DNA of 61,151 bases. Origin: an uncultured Bacilli bacterium (GTDB lineage Bacteria > Bacillota_I > Bacilli_A > RF39 > UBA660). The notes under the pieces are model-generated. The model was given only the letters and a program-made list of their open reading frames with translations, searched no databases and was not told the DNA's origin. Within the stretch, counting starts at the first letter, position 1. Every line of letters begins with the position of its first letter. A program made the position numbers and the translations under genes. Positions 52,132-61,151 of the stretch are shown in pieces. The stretch spans positions 1-61,151 of the forward strand of contig CALVSP010000003.1 in assembly GCA_944359065.1 (NCBI GenBank), read 5' to 3'.

Positions 52132-53083
52132 CTTTCACTTCTCCAACCAATTTGATAAATTCCTCTTTATTCTTTATTTTCATAAATCTTTGTTTATATT
52201 CTTTAGAAATACCTTTCAAATAATAACCAATCTGTGTTCGCATTTCTAAAATAGCTATTTTTTCATCTTTAAATTCTAATAGATAATTTAAATGTTTTAA
52301 AACCATATTTAATTTATCTAGTATTGTTACTTCTTTTATTTCTTTATTATTTAAATAATCGATACAATCTCTTATTAACCAAGGATTACCGAGTAACCCT
52401 CTACCTATCATAACCGCATCACATTTAGTTTCATCTAACATTCTTTTAGCGTCGTAACAAGTTTTTATATCACCATTACCAATAACAGGGATGCTAACAT
52501 TTTCTTTTACTTGTTTTATAATGTTCCAATCAGCTTTACCGCTATATCCTTGCGCTCTAGTTCTAGGATGAACAGTAATCGCACTAGCTCCAGCTTTTTC
52601 TACTACTTTAGCTATTTCAACGGCATTGATACTTTTTTCATCCCAACCACTTCTTATTTTAACTGTTACGGGAACATCAACTGCCTCTACTACGGCTTTT
52701 ACTATTTCGTAAACTTTATTAGGATTTTTTAATAATGCACTACCCGCTTGAGCACGAGTTGCTACTTTAGGAACAGGGCATCCCATATTTATATCGATTA
52801 TATCTGGTTTCATCACTTTTAGTATATATTTAGCAGCATAAACAAACGATTCTTTATCACTACCAAATATTTGTTGACTTATTGGTCTTTCTTCTTCTTT
52901 CATATAAAGCATATCTATAGTTTTTTGACTACCAAAATATATTGCTTTATCACTAACCATTTCTGCAACTACTAATCCAACACCCATTTCTTTAGCAATT
53001 CTTCGAAATGCACTATTTGAAATACCGGCCATTGGCGCTAAAACAATTTGGTTTTTTATTTCGACATTACCTATTTTCCACAT
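52115..53083 (-). CDS. dusB: tRNA-dihydrouridine synthase B
   Basis: [27 protein letters not shown]. Confidence 0.95.
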
Positions 53084-54551
53084 CGATTAATACTTCTCCA
53101 GTCATTTCATTAGGTATCTTTTCATTTAATAAATATAAAATAGTTGGGGCAATATCACCTAATTTGCCATTTTTTAATTTACATTCTTTAGTTACTAAAA
53201 ATGGTACTTTATTAGTCGTATGACTTGTTAAAACATTATTATTAGAATCGATCATTTCTTCACAGTTACCGTGATCCGCTGTAATTATCATCGTTCCTTT
53301 TAATTCGATTATCTTTTTGTATAATTTATAAACACATTCATCTAATGTTTCCACAGCTTTAATAGCAGCATCTAAATTACCAGTATGGCCTACCATATCG
53401 CCATTAGCAAAGTTTAAAATAATGACATCATAATTCATATCTTCTAATAATTTATCAGTTATTTCATAAGCACTCATCTCTGGTTTTAAATCATAAGTAG
53501 CAACTTTAGGCGATGGTATTAAAATGCGTTTACATTTATCTAGTTCTAATTCTTTACCACCATCAAAGAAATAAGTAACGTGAGCATATTTTTCTGTTTC
53601 TGCTATTCTTAATTGTGAATAACCTAATTTAGAAATATACTCACCTAATGTATTAGGTAATTTATTTAATTCAAATATCGTTTTATTAACTACCTCTTCA
53701 CTTACTGGCATCATCGTTAATAGTTTTATATTAACTTCTTTTTTTCTTTTAAATCCTTTAAATTCTTTATTACTTAAAGCACTACCTAATTCTCTTAATC
53801 TATCTGGCCTAAAATTAAAGAAAATAACGCCATCATTATCATTAACGATACCATCTTCATCAATTAAACCTGGTAATATAAATTCGTCAGTTATGTTATT
53901 TTCATAATTCGATTTTATTGCTTCTTTAACACTTATATATTTACTATCTGATTTACCTGTTATAACATCATAAGCTTTTTCAATTCGATCATATCGATTA
54001 TCCCTATCCATTGCATAGTATCTACCACTTATACTTGCTATAACACCATTTTTTAAATCTAATGATTCAATATAAGATAAACTACTATTAGGTAATGTAT
54101 CTCTACCATCAGTAAAAATATGAAGATAAAATTCTATTTTATTTTTATAACACATATCGATTAAAGTTTGAATATGTTTCATCGATGAATGGACACCACC
54201 ATCACTTACTAATCCCATTAAATGTAATTTGCTATTATTCTTTTTAACATAATCAAATATTTCTAATATATTTTCATTTTTATAAAAATTTTTATTTTTT
54301 ATTTCTTCATTGATTAACTGAATTCCTTGATAAACAATTCTTCCAGCTCCTATATTAGAATGTCCTACTTCACTATTACCCATTTGTCCTTTAGGTAATC
54401 CAACTTTTTCGCCACTAGCTTCTAATTTAGAATTAGGATATTTTTTAAATAACATATCTAAATTAGGGGTATTAGCTAATTTATAAGCATTACCTTTAAC
54501 ATTTTTATTAATTCCTACTCCATCTAATATACATAATAATAATGGTTTCAT
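53067..54551 (-). CDS. gpmI: 2,3-bisphosphoglycerate-independent phosphoglycerate mutase
   Basis: [37 protein letters not shown]; likely start MKPLL. Confidence 0.97.
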   Translation of the reverse strand: MKPLLLCILDGVGINKNVKGNAYKLANTPNLDMLFKKYPNSKLEASGEKVGLPKGQMGNSEVGHSNIGAGRIVYQGIQLINEEIKNKNFYKNENILEIFDYVKKNNSKLHLMGLVSDGGVHSSMKHIQTLIDMCYKNKIEFYLHIFTDGRDTLPNSSLSYIESLDLKNGVIASISGRYYAMDRDNRYDRIEKAYDVITGKSDSKYISVKEAIKSNYENNITDEFILPGLIDEDGIVNDNDGVIFFNFRPDRLRELGSALSNKEFKGFKRKKEVNIKLLTMMPVSEEVVNKTIFELNKLPNTLGEYISKLGYSQLRIAETEKYAHVTYFFDGGKELELDKCKRILIPSPKVATYDLKPEMSAYEITDKLLEDMNYDVIILNFANGDMVGHTGNLDAAIKAVETLDECVYKLYKKIIELKGTMIITADHGNCEEMIDSNNNVLTSHTTNKVPFLVTKECKLKNGKLGDIAPTILYLLNEKIPNEMTGEVLIDVENR

Positions 54552-54608
54552 CAAAATCAACTCCACATATATTATACAATATTTTTTTATAAATTAAAAG
54601 AACACCAA

Positions 54609-55691
54609 TTAAATTTGATGTTCTAAATAATTCTTTATTGCATTATAATTATTTTTTAATTTGTTACTTAAAATTTTATTTTCTAAATCTTTATATATTT
54701 CTCTTATAAAATGTCCTTTTTCTTTATTTAATATTTCACATATTTGATCAGCTTTAATATCAATATCTTTAATACTATATATTGGCAAATTATTATATTT
54801 TTTTACAATTTCTACTCGGTCAATATTTTTTATTTCACCTACTAATGTACATACATATAAACCATATTTATATAAAACATTATTATTTAAATCTTTTTCT
54901 TTCAAAGCTAACTTTATATTATTAATTGTCTCTTTCTCATTTTTAGTAAAAGGATATATATCTAATACGTCTAACTGAGCCCACATTCCTAATGAAGAAG
55001 TTGTTATAACTATATCTGTTTTTATATTTAAAATATTTTCTAATTCTAATTCCTTAATTAATTCTAATCCATATTTACAATTAGGTGATGAAAATATTTT
55101 TTCTAATTCTTCTTTTTTACGATAATAAGATAATTTTTTTAATAAGTTTTTATTTTTTTTAATCGCTTTTTTTAGTTTTTCATCTATTTTAAAATCAAGA
55201 ATGGTTGCAAATCTAATTGCTCTTAAACTTCTTAAAATATCTTCTTTTATTTTTTTATTAGCATCGCCTACACATTTGATTATTTTATTATAGATATCTT
55301 TTTTGGCATTCAATAAATCAATATATTCACCATTATTATCAATACATAGCGTATTAATAGTAAAATCTCTTCTTAGTAAATCATCAATTAAATTATCAAT
55401 GTATTTTATTTTAACAGGATATCTATTATTTTCGTATTTTTTTTCTTTTCTAAATGTTGTTATTTCAAATCTGATATTATTATATATTAAACTAACACTA
55501 CCATATTGCTCACTATTTATTTTGCTATCTTTAAATATTTCTTTTATTTCTTTTGGTGTTGCATTAGTACATATATCGACATCAGTACTTAATTTGTTTA
55601 TATATAAATCTCTAGGAAATCCTCCTACGATATAAGCTTTAAAATCGTATTCGTTTAATTTATTTAGTAATTCCAATGCGGTATTATACAT
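54609..55691 (-). CDS. cca: CCA tRNA nucleotidyltransferase
   Basis: VGGFPRD, DVDI, EITTFR, RRDFTIN, EDILRSLRAIRF. Confidence 0.93.
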   Translation of the reverse strand: MYNTALELLNKLNEYDFKAYIVGGFPRDLYINKLSTDVDICTNATPKEIKEIFKDSKINSEQYGSVSLIYNNIRFEITTFRKEKKYENNRYPVKIKYIDNLIDDLLRRDFTINTLCIDNNGEYIDLLNAKKDIYNKIIKCVGDANKKIKEDILRSLRAIRFATILDFKIDEKLKKAIKKNKNLLKKLSYYRKKEELEKIFSSPNCKYGLELIKELELENILNIKTDIVITTSSLGMWAQLDVLDIYPFTKNEKETINNIKLALKEKDLNNNVLYKYGLYVCTLVGEIKNIDRVEIVKKYNNLPIYSIKDIDIKADQICEILNKEKGHFIREIYKDLENKILSNKLKNNYNAIKNYLEHQI

Positions 55692-55730
55692 TATTCACCT
55701 CGATATCAAAAAAAGGTTAAAATTAACCTC

Positions 55731-56003
55731 TTAGTTTAAAGCTTCTTTTAATTTAGAACCAGCTTTAATTGTTGCAGCAACTCTTGCAGGTATTTTAACA
55801 GTTTCACCAGTTTTTGGATTTCTACCAGTTTTAGCAGGTTTTTGTTTAGCTGTGAAAGTAGCAAAACCAGTTAAAGTAACTTTACCTTCTTTTTTTAATC
55901 CTTCTGTTACTCCTTTCATCATTGCATCTAATGCACGAGTAGCATCTGCTTTAGTTAAACCTGTTTCTTCTGCAATATAATTTACTAAATCTTGTTTTGA
56001 CAT
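55731..56003 (-). CDS. hup: DNA-binding protein HU
   Basis: MSKQDLV, GFATF, GRNPKTGE; true start at 56003 after AGGAGG. Confidence 0.95.
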   Translation of the reverse strand: MSKQDLVNYIAEETGLTKADATRALDAMMKGVTEGLKKEGKVTLTGFATFTAKQKPAKTGRNPKTGETVKIPARVAATIKAGSKLKEALN

Positions 56004-56121
56004 TTGTATACCTCCTATTGTCTTACATAAGCTATCTTGCTTACATTTAAAGGATACCATTTTTTTATAATAAAAGCAACATTTTTTATTAAATTTGTTA
56101 AAAAAAACAGTAAAAACTGTT

Positions 56122-57597
56122 TTATAATACAATTGTAAATAAATTGCCTGAACCTTTATTAACTAATTTAGTTAAAGTTTGTTGTAATTTATAACGAGCA
56201 TTTTCTGGTGTTAAAGATAATTTTGCTTGAATTCCTTCTTTAACAATGATATCTAAACTACGACCAAATATTTCACTTTTCCAAATATTAGATGGATTTA
56301 CATCATAATCTTTCATTAAATAGTTAATTAATTCTTTACTTTGAATTTCACTACCGATAATTGGCTCAAATGTTGATTCAACATCGACTCTTATCATGTG
56401 AATCGAAGGAGCTACCGCTTTTAATTTAATACCATATCGACTTCCTTGTTTTATTATTTCTGGTGTTTCTAATTTCATATCTTCTAAGGTAGGACTAGCA
56501 ACACCATATCCCGTTGTTTTAACCATTTTTAAAGCAGTTTTTATTTGATCATATTCTTGTTTTGCTTCATTATAGCTTTGGAACAACATTAATAAATCTG
56601 CCCGATTAGTAACATCGATACCAATTATTTCTTTTAGTATCTGATTATATAAATTGTTAGGTGCTTGTAAAGTAACTGTAATCTCTCCTGTCGAAGTATC
56701 GACATTTGATAAATAGGATTTGCTTATATATTCACAATCATTAAAATGACTTGTTATATGCTCAATATCCTTAACCTTATCTACTTCAATTACGCTTTCT
56801 TTTATTTTGTCAATGTAAATTTGTTTTAACCAATGATTATGATTTAAACAAGCAATCCACTGTGGCATTTCTACTTTTACTTCTACTACTGGAAATTCAT
56901 ATAAAGCCTCTTTTAAGATATTATATATATCTCTTTCTGTCATATTTTCGACGCTAATAGGTAAAACTGGTACCCCATAACTATTTCTTAAATTATCAGC
57001 TAAATTTTCTGTTTCTGGTAACATTGGATGAACAGAATTTAAAATAACAATAAATGGTTTACCTATTTCTTTTAATTCGCTAACTACTCTTTCTTCTGCT
57101 TCAACATAACTATTTCTACCTATTTCACCAATAGATCCATCAGTAGTTACAACGATACCGATACTTGAATGATCTTTTATTACTTTTTCTGTTCCTATTT
57201 CCGCAGCTTCAATAAAAGGTATTTCTTCATCATACCAAGGAGTTTTTACTCTTCGAGGACCATTTTCATCTTCATAACCTTTAGCTTCTGGAATAACATA
57301 TCCAACACAATCAATTAATTTTACATTAGCAGTAAAATCTTCAATTTGAATTTTAGCAGCATTACTAGGAACAAATTTAGGCTCTGTTGTCATTATTGTT
57401 TTACCTTGCGCTGATTGAGGTATTTCATCTAAACATCTTTTACGTTCATATTCATCTTCAATATTTGGCACTACTAAATTTTCAATTACTTTTTTTATAA
57501 ATGTTGATTTACCTGTTCTAACCGCACCAACTACACCTAAATATATTTCTCCACCAGTTCTATTAGTAATGCTTTTAATTATATCTATTTTTTCCAT
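56122..57597 (-). CDS. spoIVA: Stage IV sporulation protein A
   Basis: RTGGEIYLGVVGAVRTGKSTF, MTTEPKF, terminal NKGSGNL; sigmaE promoter GGTATA-N15-CATATATT at 57621-57649. Confidence 0.98.
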   Translation of the reverse strand: MEKIDIIKSITNRTGGEIYLGVVGAVRTGKSTFIKKVIENLVVPNIEDEYERKRCLDEIPQSAQGKTIMTTEPKFVPSNAAKIQIEDFTANVKLIDCVGYVIPEAKGYEDENGPRRVKTPWYDEEIPFIEAAEIGTEKVIKDHSSIGIVVTTDGSIGEIGRNSYVEAEERVVSELKEIGKPFIVILNSVHPMLPETENLADNLRNSYGVPVLPISVENMTERDIYNILKEALYEFPVVEVKVEMPQWIACLNHNHWLKQIYIDKIKESVIEVDKVKDIEHITSHFNDCEYISKSYLSNVDTSTGEITVTLQAPNNLYNQILKEIIGIDVTNRADLLMLFQSYNEAKQEYDQIKTALKMVKTTGYGVASPTLEDMKLETPEIIKQGSRYGIKLKAVAPSIHMIRVDVESTFEPIIGSEIQSKELINYLMKDYDVNPSNIWKSEIFGRSLDIIVKEGIQAKLSLTPENARYKLQQTLTKLVNKGSGNLFTIVL

Positions 57598-57672
57598 ATA
57601 TTCCCTACTTTCTCTAGTTAAATATATGAATTAAATAATTGTTTATACCAAAAAAACTTATATTTAATAAGT

Positions 57673-57918
57673 TTAAAACATTTTATCGATATCTTTTGGT
57701 ACGTTATCATTTTTTACAGCATTAATAATTTTGTTTTCTTTTTCTTTTGAAATATCTTTACCAGTCATTTTGCTTAATTCTTGAATGACTTCTCTTAACG
57801 TCTTTTCATCTTTTAAATTGCCTTCTTGAAGTTTTTTAGCTAATCCTAAAATAGCATCTTTACCAACATTTGTTTTGTTTTCTATTTTTTTAAAAAAGTT
57901 ATCTGTAAAATTAAACAT
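57673..57918 (-). CDS. spoVIF: Stage VI sporulation protein F
   Basis: DNFFKKIENKT...LKDEKTLREVI...KEKENKI; sigmaK-type AC-N16-CATATAAT at 57936-57961. Confidence 0.88.
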   Translation of the reverse strand: MFNFTDNFFKKIENKTNVGKDAILGLAKKLQEGNLKDEKTLREVIQELSKMTGKDISKEKENKIINAVKNDNVPKDIDKMF

Positions 57919-58006
57919 ATTATCAACCTCAAAATATTATATGTTTAATAGTTAATATTGTTAAAATGGGGAAAATATGCTAAAATGAGAGAAATGAGGA
58001 ATTAAT

Positions 58007-58327
58007 ATGAAAGTAATCGATTTAAGAACATTAAAAAATGATATTGTTATTTATAAAAAAATAATGGATAACCCAAAATATATTGATAAATTAGAAAAAG
58101 TTGACAAAATTGTTACAACTTTGGAAATTCAAGATGAATCGCTTTATTATCAATATCAAATTGTATTAAAGAGTTTAGAAGGATTCAATTATTTTGAAGC
58201 AACCTTCTTAAAAAGAATAAATGATGATGATTATTTAACTATATTAAATAGAGTTATAAATTTGCTTAATGTTGATAGAAAAATAAGATTTTATCCGACT
58301 AAAATATTAGAATTTAAAAAAAGGTAA
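58007..58327 (+). CDS. Hypothetical protein
   Basis: GAGGA SD, 106 aa; convergent terminator with hisS. Confidence 0.7.
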   Translation: MKVIDLRTLKNDIVIYKKIMDNPKYIDKLEKVDKIVTTLEIQDESLYYQYQIVLKSLEGFNYFEATFLKRINDDDYLTILNRVINLLNVDRKIRFYPTKILEFKKR

Positions 58328-58330
58328 TTT

Positions 58331-59623
58331 TTACCTTTTTATTATGTCTTTAATCATATCTATATCAGTAATTTTAATTTGTTCACCAGTTACCATATCT
58401 TTTAAATTAAAGTAATTATTATTTATTTCATCTTCACCTAATACAATAACATAAGGAATATTTTCTTTATTAGCATATTCAAAACATTTTTTTACTTTTC
58501 GATCATTCATCTCTAAATCAACTTTATATCCTAAATTTCTTAATTTATTGGCTAAAGATAAACTTTGTTTTTTGGTATTTAAAGGAATTATATATATATC
58601 AATTAATGACTTATTTTTAAATTCATCTCTTTTTCTTAAGATTTCAAATATAGTAGATAAACCAAAACTGATTCCTACTGCAGGATAAATATTACCATCA
58701 TTAATAAAGTCAGTAATCATATTGTCGTATCTACCGCCGCCACCTAAGCTACAAGATAATTCATTATTTTTAGCGTATACTTCAAATACATTCCCTGTAT
58801 AATAATCTTGACCACGAGCTAATGTTGCTGTAAAACTAACATTATCTTTATATTCGGTTATATAACTTTCTAATTCATTTAATTCTAATAAACCTTCTTT
58901 TATTAATTGATTAGTTGTATTTTGATATTTTTTATTTATTTCACCTAAATCTAATTTAAATATACTTAACAATTCCTTTGCTTGATTATTATCTATATTT
59001 AATTTTTCAAATTCTTTTAATAATTCTATCTCATCTATTTTATCTAATTTATCGATAATCGTTATAACATTAGAAACTAAATTATCTTTAATACCTTGTT
59101 CAACAATTAAACCAGCCATCAATTTTCTACTATTATATCTTACAATAACATCTATACCTAATTTGTTATATCCTTCAATAAATAAAGATATTAATTCTGC
59201 TTCAATCATTTGACCATTAATACCTACAACATCAACATCACATTGAATAAATTCTCTATCTCTTCCTGTTTTAACTGGACCATCTCTAAAAACCTTACCT
59301 ATTTCGTATCTTTTAAAAGGTAATCTTAAATCTTTAGTTATTGTTATACATTTAGCAAAAGGTACAGTTAAATCATAGCGTAAGCCTAATTTTCTTTTTC
59401 CTTGATCAGTTAGTTTATATATTTCATTTAATAAATCGTTTGACTCATCATATTTACCAGCTAATAAATCATAATAACAAATAATAGGTGTTTCTAGCGG
59501 TTGATAACCATATTTTTCAAATATTTCTTTTAAAGTGTCATTGATATAATTTCTTATTTTTTGCTCATTTGGTAAATAATCATATGTTCCTTTGATATTT
59601 TTTAATTCAATTTTCCGTTTCAT
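58331..59623 (-). CDS. hisS: Histidyl-tRNA synthetase
   Basis: KGTYD, LRYDLTVP, FRDGP...REFIQCD, GGGRYD, AVGISFG. Confidence 0.96.
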   Translation of the reverse strand: MKRKIELKNIKGTYDYLPNEQKIRNYINDTLKEIFEKYGYQPLETPIICYYDLLAGKYDESNDLLNEIYKLTDQGKRKLGLRYDLTVPFAKCITITKDLRLPFKRYEIGKVFRDGPVKTGRDREFIQCDVDVVGINGQMIEAELISLFIEGYNKLGIDVIVRYNSRKLMAGLIVEQGIKDNLVSNVITIIDKLDKIDEIELLKEFEKLNIDNNQAKELLSIFKLDLGEINKKYQNTTNQLIKEGLLELNELESYITEYKDNVSFTATLARGQDYYTGNVFEVYAKNNELSCSLGGGGRYDNMITDFINDGNIYPAVGISFGLSTIFEILRKRDEFKNKSLIDIYIIPLNTKKQSLSLANKLRNLGYKVDLEMNDRKVKKCFEYANKENIPYVIVLGEDEINNNYFNLKDMVTGEQIKITDIDMIKDIIKR

Positions 59624-59688
59624 AAATTACCTCCTTAAGTTAGATAACAATATAATCGCATTGATTATATCATTAATTAAAAAAGGTG

Positions 59689-60750
59689 TCAAATATATAT
59701 CCTTGGCACTCTTTTACCTATATTACAAATTACTTCATACTCTATTGTATTTAAATATTTAGCAATTTCTTGAACCTGTTTTATATCTTTAATTATTTCT
59801 ACTTTATCACCAATCTTAATATTTTTATCTACTTTTACAAATAACATATCCATACATATATTACCGACAATTGGATATTTTTTGTTATTTATATAAACAA
59901 AGCGTCCTGTGTTAGCTCTAATAATTCCATCAGCATATCCGATTGGAACAACAGCAATTCTTTCTTTTTTGTTTACTTTATAAATACCTTCATATCCTAC
60001 TATATCACCACTATTTAAATTATTTACTTGAATAATTTCACTAATTAATTTAAATGTTGGTTTTAAATTAAGTGGTACACTAGAAAATCCATACATCACA
60101 ATTCCTAATCGACAACCATTTACAAATGAAGGTTTTTCATATAATAAAGATGCCTCACTAGCAAATAAATGGATTATAGGAATTTGTTTTAAATCAACAT
60201 TTGATGTAATATCAATAAATTTGTTTATCTGCATATTTGTTTTTTCTTTATCTCCTGCTTTATAAATATGTGTATAAATTCCTTCTAATACTACATTATT
60301 AGAATTATTAATTATTCCAACAATTTCTTTTACTTCCTCTTTATTGTTTATTCCAAGTCTATTCATACCTGTATTAATTTTTAAATGAACTTTAATATTA
60401 ATTGCTTTTTTCACTATATTCTTTAAATATTTTAAACTTGATATTGTAATTGTTATATTGTTTTTTTCACATATATCAATATATTTTTCATCGATTATAC
60501 CTAAACAAAGAATAGGAATTTCTTTTAAGTCGTTTCTAATCATTAAAGCTTCTTCTAAACTTGAAACAGCTAGATAGTTACAGCCACCATCTATGATTTG
60601 CTTTACGACTTTATTATCATAATGACCATAACAATCAGCTTTAACTACTCCAAAATAATATTTATATTTAGGTAAATATGCAATTATTTTTTTTACATTA
60701 TCTTTAATATTTTTTAAATATATTTCCATATATGTATGTCTATATTGCAT
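59689..60750 (-). CDS. alr: Alanine racemase
   Basis: VVKADCYGH, HLKINTGMNRLG, IGYADG, ICMD. Confidence 0.96.
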   Translation of the reverse strand: MQYRHTYMEIYLKNIKDNVKKIIAYLPKYKYYFGVVKADCYGHYDNKVVKQIIDGGCNYLAVSSLEEALMIRNDLKEIPILCLGIIDEKYIDICEKNNITITISSLKYLKNIVKKAINIKVHLKINTGMNRLGINNKEEVKEIVGIINNSNNVVLEGIYTHIYKAGDKEKTNMQINKFIDITSNVDLKQIPIIHLFASEASLLYEKPSFVNGCRLGIVMYGFSSVPLNLKPTFKLISEIIQVNNLNSGDIVGYEGIYKVNKKERIAVVPIGYADGIIRANTGRFVYINNKKYPIVGNICMDMLFVKVDKNIKIGDKVEIIKDIKQVQEIAKYLNTIEYEVICNIGKRVPRIYI

Positions 60751-60805
60751 AAGATTCTCCTTTTCGAATAAATAAAAAACCTATTACTAGGTTTTATTAA
60801 TAAAA

Positions 60806-60882
60806 TGGTCGGGAAAACAGGATTTGAACCTGCAACCCCTTGGTCCCAAACCAAGTGCTCTACCAAGTTGAGCCATTTCCCG
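60806..60882 (-). tRNA. tRNA-Pro(TGG)
   Basis: CGGGAAATGGCTCAAC...CTTGG-TTTGGGA-CCAAG...CCCGACCA. Confidence 0.96.
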
Positions 60883-60888
60883 ATTATA

Positions 60889-60965
60889 TGGTGCGCTCGA
60901 AGGGATTCGAACCCCTGACCTTTTGGTTCGTAGCCAAACACTCTATCCAACTGAGCTACGAGCGC
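60889..60965 (-). tRNA. tRNA-Arg(ACG)
   Basis: GCGCTCGTAGCTCAG...TTTGG-CTACGAA-CCAAA...GCGCACCA. Confidence 0.96.
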
Positions 60966-60983
60966 ATGACATAACCTAATAAA

Positions 60984-61059
60984 TGGTGGCTTCAGGTGGA
61001 ATCGAACCACCGACACAAGGATTTTCAGTCCTTTGCTCTACCGACTGAGCTATGAAGCC
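60984..61059 (-). tRNA. tRNA-Phe(GAA)
   Basis: GGCTTCATAGCTCAG...AAGGA-CTGAAAA-TCCTT...GCCACCA. Confidence 0.96.
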
Positions 61060-61062
61060 AAA

Positions 61063-61138
61063 TGGCGGTTCCGACGGGACTTGAACCCGCGATCTTCTGC
61101 GTGACAGGCAGACGTGATAACCACTACACCACGGAACC
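61063..61138 (-). tRNA. tRNA-Asp(GTC)
   Basis: GGTTCCGTGGTGTAG...TCTGC-CTGTCAC-GCAGA...ACCGCCA. Confidence 0.96.
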
Positions 61139-61139
61139 A

Positions 61140-61151
61140 TGGTTGCGGGAG
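61140..61151 (-). tRNA. 3' end of a tRNA, probably initiator tRNA-fMet (truncated by the window edge)
   Basis: CTCCCGCAACCA matches the fMet acceptor 3' strand; only 12 nt visible. Confidence 0.6.

Noticed and set aside
60714-61016. 100-aa ORF
   Set aside because: Translation of the tRNA cluster; spurious

Overview
Very AT-rich chromosomal segment read in standard code 11 (genes end in TGA, Trp is TGG). Gene content suggests a reduced, spore-forming member of the Bacilli, probably RF39-like; that lineage call is inference. Most of the window is housekeeping: murI, serS, polA, uvrC, tsf/rpsB, galU, thrS, lon, rny, recA, pgsA, rnpB, gpsB, recU/ponA, nth/dnaD, ackA, lysS, dusB, gpmI, cca, HU, hisS, alr, seven complete tRNAs plus one partial, and two T-boxes. 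Mother-cell sporulation genes (spoIIIAH, gerE, gerM, spoVID, ysxE, spoIVA, spoVIF) carry recognisable sigmaE/sigmaK-type promoters. The standout locus is 15950-17953: a type IV prepilin-like surface protein with two tandem C-terminal domains. Each domain ends in a diversity-generating-retroelement (DGR)-type variable repeat followed by an identical in-frame 9-bp GGA-triloop hairpin. Just downstream is a truncated, AAC-rich template-repeat-like remnant, but no reverse transcriptase or Avd gene lies in the window. Other accessory items: an orphan PBECR4-like RNase gene with a palindrome over its start, an orphan HerA-like ATPase between rny and recA, an unknown gene inside the thrS T-box operon, a Rho-N-like tail on S2, a csaA gene directly behind tRNA-Arg(CCG), and two small ORFs missed by the ORF track.
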